A stretch of 64,000 nucleotides of DNA from Gnetum montanum (taxonomy: Eukaryota; Plantae; Gnetophyta): positions 1 to 64,000 of the forward strand of contig MNCI01002997.1 in the NCBI GenBank assembly GCA_015680685.1. Direction: 5' to 3'. Below, in pieces: positions 41,501 to 53,992 of this stretch. Within the stretch, counting starts at the first letter, position 1; each line of letters opens with the position of its first letter. The notes below the pieces were generated by a model. The model made no database searches. It was given only the letters and a program-made list of their open reading frames with translations, and was not told where the DNA came from. The translations under genes were made by a program, and so were the position numbers.

Positions 41501-42136
41501 ATGGCCAACCATGCTAACCATTCAAGCAGCTCCTCAGTTTTTCAACTTTTTTGTTTTACACATTTTTCATTTTATAACTTTTTGTTTTACATGTTCTTTG
41601 TTTTACATCTTTTTGTTTTCATGTTATTAATATTTTGTAATTTTTGTTTTATACCATCATTAGTACATTTGATATTTCTTGAATAATTTACACTTTCTTC
41701 TATATTTTCTTTTATTTGATGTGATTTTTTAACTTTTTGTTAATAAGTGCCAGGTACATTGGTAATGCATTACTTAATGGTGGTATGTCCTATTTATTTA
41801 ATTGTTGGTGTCTGGTTTCTAGCTTTGAATTTAATTATGGATAATTAGGACATGGTTTCTTTTTCATGTACTAGGCAATGAGTCCACAACATCCACCCAT
41901 CTACACACTCTATGGTTTTCCTTGTTTTGGAAATGTGCAGTCCCTTTTTCACTAAAAAACTTTATTAAATTTGTGACTTTGGTAGTTTCCAGAATTGGGA
42001 AGGATTTAAAGGTTTGAATAGGGTGTGGCTTCAAGGGGATTTGGTATTCTTTGTACTTTTCTATTTGCCTAGGTGCATGTGTGTTTCCATAAATTTCTTA
42101 CCATTTTGTGCCAATCAATAAAGGAAGTTGAATAAG

Positions 42137-42372
42137 TCCTTGCATTGTGTGATTCTCATTAGGAAAAAAAAATGATGAGGATTCAAAGCACACCCCTTGG
42201 ACAAAACAAATGCATATGTCCTTGCATGGTGTGGTTCTCATCAAAAAGGGAAAAAAAAAGAAAAAAGATAAAAATTGAAAGCACACCCCTTGGACAAAAT
42301 AAATGCATGTGTCTTTGCATGGCGTGGTTCCCATTTCAGAAAAAAAATGGGAATTCAAAGAACATCCCTTAG
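42137..42372. repeat. ~80-95-bp tandem repeat x3 in the 3' non-coding region of element B
   Basis: TCCTTGCATGGTGTGGTTCTCAT...AAAGCACACCCCTTGGACAAAA at 42137, 42219 and 42312. Confidence 0.85.
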
Positions 42373-45300
42373 AAAAAATAAATAGGCTACAAGCACTAGT
42401 TATGGGACTCATCTCCTCTAACTAAGGCCCTTCCTCACTTCCTACTTCTTCTCTAATTTGGAATGGTGGTTGTTTTGTGGGAGCACTCTGGTGTCTCAGG
42501 GGATGGATTGATCTTAGAATGTCAATGTGAAGTCACTGAAAGTGGTTGGTTTTGGTCTAGACTAAGGATTGATCCTATCAAGTCATTTAACCACAAAATC
42601 CACAAGGAACTTTATTTGACCATAATTAGAAACTCCATTCCACACACTCTCTCTTATTCATCTATGCTTTCCATGTTCCACCTCACTACCAGTGTCATGT
42701 TTTGGTTCGATGTCCTAGTTTGATGTGTTGAAATTCTTAGTTAGTTAGTTCTAAATTTTTGTACTTATCCTTCTATACCCATTAATCATCCACAGGGCCC
42801 ATGGACTCTTTGGTTTGAAGTTATGCAAGGGCATAAAAGGCCTATGCCTACTTTGGGGAGGACCCACTTGCATATCTTTTGGTTGGGTTAGTTAAGTTCT
42901 TTATCCTTAGACATTTTTACAATCAAAATTTTTTTGTTTATCCCATCAATGACATCCAATTGTACACATCTTCATAATAGTTTTTAGTGAATTCTTCTTT
43001 TCATTCTTGTGAATTCTTATATCCTCTTGAAATATTTCCTTATATTAAACTTTTTCAAATTTAATGAACTGCTTAATTTAATTAACCCTATCTATCAGCC
43101 TTCCCGCTAACACTATTCAAGGAACTAATAAACCAAAATCATAACCTAGCCAAGTGTAACCACCGATGAGATAAGGCATTTAACAGTTATGTGTTACACA
43201 TTGCATACTAATTCATGATCCTATTGTAATTATAGTGGGAATCATGGACTGGAAGTGGGACTATCTTCACCAAGGATGATGTAGCAATACCACACAATAA
43301 GGACCGTTTGTGATTGAAGGATCTCTTCTCTCTCTTTCATTCTCCTGTTTCCAAGAGGTGTTGGATGTTAATATTCTCCAGGGTGTTCACTCCTCTTTTC
43401 ATAAACACCCAATATTGTAAAAATTGTAATTCTATACACTTGGGTACTCAGAGTCTATATGTCTGTTTCATCTGAGTTAGTTTGTCATGTTAGTTAATAA
43501 TCCCACACCTACCCAATATGTTATATTGTAAAGAACTTCTTCCTCCTGTTCTTCACTCAAGGACGAGTTTTCATTCAATTGTGGGGGTATGATGAATCAC
43601 CATTTGATGTCAGCCGCAACTTTGGGGCTGCAACGTCACGTATGCAATGTCGGGGCTTGGATTTGAAGTTGGGGAATATACCTTGAGTTTATAAATACCA
43701 TGCCTAGGCTCTAGTTTTGGAGGTTTTTCATTAGTTAGTTTTTAGTTTTCAAGCAAGGTAGCAAAGCTCTTGCTGTTTCTTTTTCCTAGAGTTAGAATAT
43801 TTTTTTAGTGTCCACAGAAGGAGTTTAAAGTGTGTATGGTTCTTTGTTTGAGCATTGATGTACCTGAGTGCAATAGTGCAATGGGAATAAAATGAAATCT
43901 TTTGACAATCCTTGCAGCACTGGGAATAGCTTAATATTTTCCTTATTGCATTTTACTTTCTTGTTCTTTAATGCATTTGATTAAGCAATTTATTTCCAGC
44001 AAGTAATGAACATGAGCAGAATGACTTCAAGCATTCATATAGTACTTGGTAACCCAAAAACACTTAATTTTTGGTAGCCCAGTAGTGCTATATGTGTTTA
44101 GGAAAGTGGGGCAGCTACTTGTGTTAGGCTAGCTAGGCAATAGACACTAGTTTTCAATCTACTCTACCTTTATTCTTGTTGTAGGCGATTACATCCATAA
44201 AATATAAAAATGATAAAATCATATACCTCAATTACACTTAAACCATACCCTTGAGCCTCACAAGTGTAGTTGGGAAGACAATGAACATTCTCAACATTGT
44301 TTCGCTTCCTAGAGAAATTAGTGTACGAGATAACTATAGGTCCATGGAATTCGACTAGGTCACATGTAATGCCTTAGTGATTCTTATGGTTGGGCATTGG
44401 GGTACCTCATCACTCATTAGCCTCTATGGGATGATAATCTTGATAGCAGTGATCTTGAACCTTGTACTTGGCATAAAGTCCAACAATGCTGAACTTGATA
44501 AGATTGTTCAATAGCATTATAGGAAAAAATCAGTTCAAAGGCAACACAATTTTACCCTCCATGTCCCTCCATTGTAGCTGCTCATCTTGATGCAAGATGA
44601 TGGTGAAGTTTAGAGTGTAAGGATTTAGATGAGTATAAAAAACCTAGAACTATTGGAGCACTTGTGTTTTCTGGCTCTCTTACCTTTGATTGAATTTGCT
44701 TGTGAATGACGGTGGAGAATTATCCCTACGAGGAGAAGCCATATTAGTAATTGTTTAAAATAATGTACATTTGTGATTATTTGGTTCTTAATTATTTAGT
44801 GTTAATTTTCCTTTATAACATTGTTAGATGATTTCACTATCTTTCCTATGTAGTGCACTTAGCTAACTAAATTGCTGGCAACAACGTTAATGATGAGCAA
44901 CGAGTAGTTCCTATGCCCAACCATATGAATCACAAGCGTTGCACTAGCGATTCGGTCAAATTTTGTGGACTTAGCTCCTAAATGCACTGATGGGTAAAGA
45001 TAGTGACTTAGAGACGTGATTGTTATCTTCTTGGCTTTACTTGTGGAAGTTCATTTGTATGGATAAGTATAAGCCAAGGCACATGATTTTTATGTATATT
45101 TTATATTTTATTTGATTTAGTCTAAGTGTAAAAAAAGGTAATTAATTGTAAATTAACTAATTAACTATCTAATTCCTTAATCTAACTACCCTAACATAAG
45201 TATCTAGGTCCACCTTCCATGCACATCCTAAACTTGTTATAAATACTATTGGAATTACCAAGCGTTAATGGTATGTTTGAGGTGGTTATACTTATGTATG

Positions 45301-48300
45301 ATTATTAAGCAAATTAATTAATAAAGAATGTGAAGGTAAAATGCAAAATAATAAAGTGCATAAATGGAAACATTAAACTATTCTTAAGTGTTGTAAGGAA
45401 TTCCAAGAATCTCATCTTTATTGTTGACACATCAAAGTGTTTAGGTACATTGATGTTCAAATAAGGATCAATACAATCCTTGAAGTCCTACTATGGGAAC
45501 TTAGAAAATATTCTAATTTTGATAGAATAAAATTGCAAGAACTTAGTTACTTGATCAACTTAATGTGCCATAAATGTGATGGTTACATGCATTTAGATAG
45601 GCAAAACTAGACACTGCGTCAATGCATCTAACCATGCATCGATGGGACTATGTCAACTAGGCTGCATTGATGACGCAACCTATTGAATGATCCATTACCA
45701 CTATACTAACACCTCATTGTATAGTTATGGTAGAGCTCCTAATAGTACAATATCAGCCTTGGTTTATTAGTAGTGAGACTATGCAATGTAGAAATATTGT
45801 TGTAAGGCCAAGGATGAATTTGTTACAAAAACATTTTCTAAGGATGAAACATATTAATGTTTCAAGACTAAAGTCTTAAGTAAACCAACCATCCCAAACT
45901 TGTCTTAGACACTTTGAATGAAATTGGAGTGTTAAAACAATAATAAATAGCTTTTTATTTTTTGTTACATAGGTTACTTGTCATGTCTCATTCAAGATTC
46001 TCATGTCTTCTTTGGACATTACCTCGACTTGACATGAAAATCTAGATTAAGCTTTCCTAGTCCTCTATTGGAACATCCAACTTTTGGTGGAACATCCATT
46101 CTAAAACATTCATCCTAAATATTCTATTACTATTAGGTGGAACATTCAACATATTTGGAATATCCATCCTGCTCCATAGAAAAATTTATGAAATCACTTA
46201 AAGGGCATGAATTAATTACTTTAAAATCCATAAATCCCATATGAAAGACTTAATATCCAAAATTAATTAGTTGGAAAACTTAATACACCAAGTATGAAAC
46301 TTATAATCTAATAAGCATACTTGAATAAACCATAAAGATTAAACACTTTACAATATCTATGAAGTGATTCACCAATGTCTTACACAAATATCCTTTAAGT
46401 ACAAGGTTTCATGTAATATAAAGATATCCACATAAGTCATTTTATAAATCCATTACATGGCTCCTAAATAAAACAAGATCTGAATCTTTCATTCACAGTG
46501 CATCACTTAATCATTAACACTTCCACTACATACCCCAATTTAGCATATGCACCATCACTTAGAACTCCATCCAAGTCTCCTAATTATAATCTTCATGAAA
46601 CACATGCAAGAAGGGTTAAAACACCTTCATAGTAGAGGAAACCACCTTGGTGCCACATGCAATAAGCTAGAAGATAGAGCCCACATTGCTAAGCACACTA
46701 TTCGAACTAATAAAAAATTAATCAACAAATATGTTAATCAAAAAGTTAACTAAGCCATTAACCAATTACTATTAATGAATTAGTCTTACATTAATCAATG
46801 ATTTGCACTACCAATGATATTCCATGAGTTATTATATTAAACATTAAGATAACTATAAGATTGACACTAACTTAAACTAGCCATCAAGAACTATTAGGTG
46901 TAATAACTCACCTATCTATGCCAACTGTCACATATGATAATGTCCAATTGTTAAATTAAAAACTCTCATAAATGTCAAATGACTAACAATTAGATTATTT
47001 TATGGATAATATTAGTTCTATAGTTATCCTAAGTTCTTAGCTCCTTACTATCTCCAAAGGTTTCCCTGATGTAGGCTATACATTATTAGGTTGACAGAAT
47101 CCTCTAAATTAATTTCATGTAAAGACCTACATGTTATGCATTAATAGTAAAATCTACAAAAATGTTAGTTAATGAAATTCTAAATCTAGCCTTTCAACAC
47201 CATGGAGATGTTCATGCATGCCTAGAATGTCAACTAGCCATTGCTGTCAAACACTGTCGTTTATGTCAAATGTTGTTAACATTTTACCACTTTGGAAAAC
47301 ACACTAAAAATTCATCATGCCCCTAGATTCATCATGATTTGGGTTGTGATGTACAAGAAGAATGCCACCACTACCACCACTAGGAAGAGATGACATAGGT
47401 GAAAGGAGAAGGTGAAGCACAAATCAAAAAATTGAGAAAATGATAAATTATGAATAAAACATAAAAAAAATAGGGTTAGATCAATAATAGAAACTAATAA
47501 TAGAATTTAGAAATAAATTGAGTTTAAAAGGAAAGTTGCTTATAGAATCATCAAAGAAAGAACATTATCTCTACCTTCAAAGATCAACTAAGTGCAAAGC
47601 TTTACCAAGTAAGAATAAGTTTAGATCTAAAAATCTCCAAGAGATCTGCCACACATGCCACAAACAAGAGAATGAGAAAGAAATAGAGAGCAATGCATAA
47701 TTGACTCTAGGAGAGCTAGCATTGCCAAGTATTTATAGGCACAAAATAAAGTTTAGAAAATTTTAAGAATAAAAATCTAATTCCAAGATAAGGTTACATG
47801 TATTCACAAAAAAGGTTTAAATGATTCACAAGTAGTTATGTCCATGGGTTCACATCACCAAGAATTACTAAATATAGTCCTTATTGCCCAAGAGTGGGTT
47901 TCCAATGCCCAAAGATAAAATAAAATAGCAATAGAAATAAATCCCAATTAAATATTTAATATGCCTTTTACCATATTCTTACATTATTTCAAAAATCTTA
48001 GAATAACATAAAATATGAAATAATTAATTAAATAATTATTTATTTATAAAATACCAATAATTGACCATCATCATCCTTCCACAAAGGGCACAGGGCATTA
48101 GTAAATGCCAAGAAATAATAAGAAAGAAAATACAAAATAATATTTCCAAATATATAATAAGAGCAAGCTCCAAGGTCCAAACCTTAAGAAGTACATCCTT
48201 AAGACATAATAACACATGTATACTTATCAAGAGGTCCAAGGGTCAAACCTTATCAATACATGAGGGGTTGTTCCAAGATAATATACATATGATTAAAAGT

Positions 48301-48517
48301 AAATATGCCATGATATACTAATCAAAAAAATAAAATATCAATATATCAAAAATATGTATAAACAAGGAGTCAAGGGTTCAAATCTCATGATGCATAACTA
48401 TAAGCATAAGCATAACAAAGATGTTATAATATACTAACACTTATTAGTAGCTATAACATAATGTAATATTATACCATATTATATCAAGATGCAACTTTAT
48501 GCTCAAGAATCATGCAT

Positions 48518-49330
48518 GCTCAAGGAGCGGGTGAGGCAGTAGGACCTCATGGCCGATGTTGCCCGGGCCCGGTTAGTGGATGAAATCTGGGCCCAAGTGC
48601 GGGAAGAACTACTACAGGAGGACACTGCCCAAAGAGAACATGAAGAGGTGGAGCGGGTGGAGCAGGAATGCTTACGGGAGGAAAAGGTGCAACGACAACA
48701 GTAGCTCAATCGGGCACATGAGCACACTGCTTGACAATGGCTTAGAGGGGGGCAGTGCCCGTACCTCATCCTAGGCATCAGTTGCAAGAGCTCCTAGGGT
48801 GAGCTCAGGTGCCATATCTATCGAACCTTGGCATGGTTTCATCCTGATGGGGGAGCTTCGCTGGTGGACCGGAACAGGCGAGAGTCGGCCATGCAGGGTA
48901 TCCAGCAGTTGCCAGTTTCATGGACACAGAAGACCACTGAAACACTTTGGATCTTCTCCATGAGCTGGAGTGCCCACACTATGCTTGCTGTCAGCTGGCG
49001 ACGAACCCCTAGGGGGGGGGAGGTTGTCTCGGAACATGGACGAAGCTTGCCCCCCTGGCTGTCGTTGCTTTCTTTATCCTTTCCTCCACCCCGCATTGTC
49101 GAAGGGTGCCCCTCCGTTTCTCTCCCTATTCTAGTGCCCCCCCCTTGTTTTTGTTTATGCTTCTTTTGGATTTAGCAGGACTGTTGGGGTGCTGGATTAT
49201 TTTGTGACTTAGGGGATTTTCCCCCCATTCATTGAGGGCCATTGTTGATGACCCATGATTTGTAATCTCTTGTACTATATTTCTTTCTTTCTCAATAATA
49301 TACTGTTGAATATTCTCTAAAAAAAAATAC
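48518..49330 (+). mobile_element. 5'-truncated LINE (coiled-coil ORF end + 3' UTR + poly(A))
   Basis: TSD AATCATGCAT at 48508-48517 and 49331-49340, A-tail at 49319-49327. The sister LTR shows the empty site at ~59605-59630. Confidence 0.85.
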
Positions 49331-50905
49331 AATCATGCATAAGAAAACAAATAATAAACCTAAGATCTTAGAATATAAACACTAGGATGATATACACTTC
49401 CACCCTTCAAGGAATCTTTGTCCTTAAAGATAAAAAATGAGATCTTGTCAATCCAAGATAAACTTACACACTTTCATGTGCAAATATAAATTCAAGATTT
49501 ATATTCATAACACATGTTAATCCTTTTGATCTAAAATATATTCACAATATTTAATGTTAAATAACCAACAACCATGCATTTATAACCACAAACCATATCT
49601 CCTACCATGCTTTATGATCATGCACTTTTGTAAACTTCTTGCATTGGGTTTTCATTCAACATATTTGTTCCAAAAACATGCATTTTCTTGGCCTTGGGAA
49701 TTCCTATATTATATTCTATAATTTCACCACTTAGAAATATAAATTTTCCTTTAAAAATATGCTTTCTTATGATATATAGATTGATGAGACACGATATGCA
49801 CAAGCCACGATATCACGGCCGCCACGATATCGCATCCGTGCGATATCGCGTACGTGATATCGCGTTGTCCCCTGTGATATCGCATACGCAATATTGCGGT
49901 CCGTCGTCAAATCTATAAATAAGAGGTGGCACTCCCCTCATTTCCATATAGAGGCTAGAAGTAGCAAAGCTCTGGTGGATTGATCACCCCAGAGATAGAA
50001 TATTTTCCATGTGCCCACAGTAGGAGTCTTCCAAGTGAACGGTTCTTTATTCGAGCAGCTTTGTACCTGAACACAAGTTTTGTATGGTAATAAAGACGAG
50101 CTTTGTGGATAAACCTTACAGTACATGGATAGGTTTATTTAATGTTATTTATTATTTTCCTAATAGCGCGGCATGAGTACGACTTGGTTACGAGCATTGA
50201 CGAATGTGTACGGCTAACCAAGGAATCGGCTACTCATCGCGATTAGATTCTCTCACCCTTATCTCCTAGAATGGGGGATGAGTACGACTTGATTATGAGC
50301 ATCTACAGATGTGTACGGCTAGTCAAGGAATCAGCTACTCATCACACTTAGGCTAGTTAGGTGCCTCAATACGACTGCTTCGAGCACGTGCGTTATGTGT
50401 GGTAATCCCAGTAACGATTAGTGTTTGGTAGCCACAGTTGCACAGTTCAGGGTGTGTACAGTAAGTGGGAACGGATGCTGACGCTAGTTAATTTAGACTT
50501 AGGTCCTTAGTTAGAATAGATAGTTCTCTAAACCCTTCACCCTCTAGCATAGGAGATAAACCTAAAAAGACCAAAAAAAGCATATACCTCGGACTTACTT
50601 AACCATACACCGTGACAACAACAAGTAAGTCTGGGAAGACAACGAATGATTAACCCCAAGTGTTCCATGGGGTGTTTAGGCATTTAGTCTATGGAGTTCG
50701 ACCGGATTGCGCGTGCTACGCTCGTTTTGTATGGTTGAGTGTAGGGGTACCTTGCCACTCATCATTGGCGCCGTTGTCGGGGACTAAGTGTTTGTACACT
50801 AATTAGAACATTAGGAAATCTTTCACATCGTTGTGAGCCTTAACAAACCTTTGGGTTAATTAGTTAAATAAGAACATATATAACGGTGAACAACACACCA
50901 ATAAA

Positions 50906-53083
50906 ATGGCTTCTTCTCATAAGGTTAACTCACCTAGGGATAACACGGAAGACAGTCAGCAACATACACATAGCCTAAACCAGCCAAGTCCTAAATAGTA
51001 TAAGATAGTTTATACTCATCCCGATGAGTATATTCCTGATTACACTTTTATCCTCCATCAGGATGAATAGTTGCACTAAAGAGATTTGTTTGGTAACATA
51101 GTTTTACCACCAGATCGATATGTTTTGAACATGCTCTTCCGTGCCTTAGCACAGATTGGCATGCAGGACTTATTTGCTGAATACGTCGCTGGAGAATATG
51201 ATATAAGGGATTATCATCCCACCGCTTTGTAACGTATGAGGGACGAAAGGCAGGAGAGCCAACACTCATTGTTGAAGGGCAAGGTCCCCCATGTCCTTAG
51301 TGAAATAAGAGACGAGGAACCCCTCATAATAGGTTTCTTAGCAAATGATGTTCCTCCTCCTCACAATGGTGAAGAGGTTAGGCATCAGAGCCTTCGATCA
51401 ACTGTACATGCTACGGGCTCTGATCCCCATGAACACCAACTATTCACGGTAGGAACAACCACTCACACTAAGGATGGACACTTTGATCGTCATTACGATC
51501 GGGGCTGAAGCAGCCGAAGAGAAGGTACGAAACATCGCCATGATGATGGATCCCCTTCCTCTTCTCCTTCATCTCACCATTCACACTCTCCTTCTACATC
51601 TAGGCACAACCATCGTGAGTACAATGGAGAGGGTAAAAGTAAGGGAGATGAAAGACCTCGATAGGAAGGTCAGGAGTTAGGACAAGGGCAAGGATGTAGG
51701 AAGAGTAGGGAACCACCACGAAGGCATCACAGACGTCATGATAGGGATGATCATGATGAACCCCTACTCGCAACCAGAAGCATGCTAGACATCACAGAGG
51801 TAGTTAGGATCCCCACAAGGCATTTAAAAGATAGCAGGATCAAGCGTTTGGACATAAATAATATCCCACGATTTGAAGGAGGATACAACGCTAATCCTCA
51901 ACATCATTTACAGGCATTCCACGATGCCTGTGCCTTGCAAAATATAGATAATGAGTGGCAGAAGCTTAAGTTGTTCCCAAGGACACTCATCAAAGAAGCA
52001 GAGAGCTGGTACCGGTCCTTAGAATTGGAAACCATTAGGAGGTGGAGTACGATGCTTGAACTGTTCAACAACAAATATCAGATGTACTCCAGAGTGTCCA
52101 ATTTGCGTAAGTAGATCCAAGGCTGGAAACATAGAGCTCATGAACCCTTGGATGCTACCATGGCCTGCTACTATACATTGCTACATTGTTGCCTGGGCCA
52201 TGGGTACGCTAAGCGGGATCAACTTTGCCACATCGTGGATGGGCTAAGGAATGAAACAAGAAGAACTCTTGGGACTTACGCCCAAGGGAGACTTTCCCAA
52301 CTTAGAGCCCATGAAGTTAAAAGTTTGTTGGAACAAGTAGCGCAAGAAGAGGGTGAGCTACATAAGAGGGAAAGTGCAAAAGAATACAGCCATGATCCCT
52401 CCCTTCACAAGAAGGGAGTGAAATTTTGTGATGAGGAGGATGAGTCACCACTCGAAGAGTTGGTGAATCGAAAAACTTTGCCGATCCAAAAATTAACAAC
52501 CGAGGTATCAGCCAAAGTAGATGAAATGTGGGATTCCTTGGACTCAAGAATTGAAACAGTTTTGAAAATTGTAGAAGAGTCTAAGGTAGAGGAAAGTAGT
52601 GACAAAGGCAAAACCAAGCGGAGAAACTTAAGCCCTGCACATAACAAGGGTAAGGGGAAAATTCCTATCTCCGATGAGGCTGTGAATTCCGATACAGACG
52701 ATGATAGTAGATGTGAAGTCTGCTACTATGACCATTCACATCTGCAGGAGTCTGGGGTGTATGCGTTAAATTCAAGACTTAATCAACGGCAAACACCTCG
52801 AAGGTTACCTTATCCACAAGGTAACCCAAGGCAGTTCCACCAACCCTTAACATATTACCCAAGTGGAATGCCTCCATAGCCTATTGGACAACATCAGCAG
52901 TAGCAATACCCACAGTCATGAGGAATCCCACCACCAACACGTCAGTACCCTTACCGGTAGCCCGATCCTTACGGTTATTATGTGCAGTAGCCAGTTTGTC
53001 CAAGTGACTCTATGGGTCACGCAACCCCCAATCGTCACTACCAAGCTTGGGAGTACTTCCAAAGGACTCCTTCTCCTCTGGGA
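50906..53083 (+). pseudogene. Element C gag (runs into assembly gap)
   Basis: IPRFEGGYNANPQHHLQAFHDAC...KLKLFPRTLIKEAESWYRSL (Retrotrans_gag-like). Few stops. Confidence 0.85.
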
Positions 53084-53992
53084 NNNNNNNNNNNNNNNNN
53101 NNNNNNNNNNNNNNNNNNNNNNNNNNNNNNNNNNNNNNNNNNNNNNNNNNNNNNNNNNNNNNNNNNNNNNNNNNNNNNNNNNNNNNNNNNNNNNNNNNNN
53201 NNNNNNNNNNNNNNNNNNNNNNNNNNNNNNNNNNNNNNNNNNNNNNNNNNNNNNNNNNNNNNNNNNNNNNNNNNNNNNNNNNNNNNNNNNNNNNNNNNNN
53301 NNNNNNNNNNNNNNNNNNNNNNNNNNNNNNNNNNNNNNNNNNNNNNNNNNNNNNNNNNNNNNNNNNNNNNNNNNNNNNNNNNNNNNNNNNNNNNNNNNNN
53401 NNNNNNNNNNNNNNNNNNNNNNNNNNNNNNNNNNNNNNNNNNNNNNNNNNNNNNNNNNNNNNNNNNNNNNNNNNNNNNNNNNNNNNNNNNNNNNNNNNNN
53501 NNNNNNNNNNNNNNNNNNNNNNNNNNNNNNNNNNNNNNNNNNNNNNNNNNNNNNNNNNNNNNNNNNNNNNNNNNNNNNNNNNNNNNNNNNNNNNNNNNNN
53601 NNNNNNNNNNNNNNNNNNNNNNNNNNNNNNNNNNNNNNNNNNNNNNNNNNNNNNNNNNNNNNNNNNNNNNNNNNNNNNNNNNNNNNNNNNNNNNNNNNNN
53701 NNNNNNNNNNNNNNNNNNNNNNNNNNNNNNNNNNNNNNNNNNNNNNNNNNNNNNNNNNNNNNNNNNNNNNNNNNNNNNNNNNNNNNNNNNNNNNNNNNNN
53801 NNNNNNNNNNNNNNNNNNNNNNNNNNNNNNNNNNNNNNNNNNNNNNNNNNNNNNNNNNNNNNNNNNNNNNNNNNNNNNNNNNNNNNNNNNNNNNNNNNNN
53901 NNNNNNNNNNNNNNNNNNNNNNNNNNNNNNNNNNNNNNNNNNNNNNNNNNNNNNNNNNNNNNNNNNNNNNNNNNNNNNNNNNNNNNNNNNNN
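53084..53992. other. Assembly gap (N run); others at 54979-54988, 55639-55976, 56200-56478
   Basis: Runs of N. Confidence 1.

Larger units (their letters stand above)
34346..44419 (+). mobile_element. Complete Athila-like Ty3/Gypsy element B nested in the gag of element A
   Basis: 5' LTR 34346-35178 (TGAT..ATCA), tRNA-Asp-type PBS TGGCACCATTGCTGGGGA at 35180-35197, PPT GTGGGGGTA before 43590, 3' LTR 43590-44419, TSD GCCTT/GCCTC. Confidence 0.95.
26035..45697 (-). mobile_element. Athila-like Ty3/Gypsy element A (old; contains nested element B)
   Basis: TSD CCACT at 26030-26034 and 45698-45702. 5' LTR 44891-45697, degenerate PBS at ~44872-44889, 3' LTR 26035-~26855 (truncated inner end). gag ~44742-44420 plus 34345-32900, PR (ALLDSGS ~31940), RT (FLDGYSGYNQI, MPFG, FMDDF), RH, INT. 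Confidence 0.9.

Noticed and set aside
50173-50343. Possible hammerhead ribozyme (retrozyme) in the LTR hairpins
   Set aside because: No CUGAnGA...GAAA core in the right arrangement on either strand; kept only as a generic structured motif.
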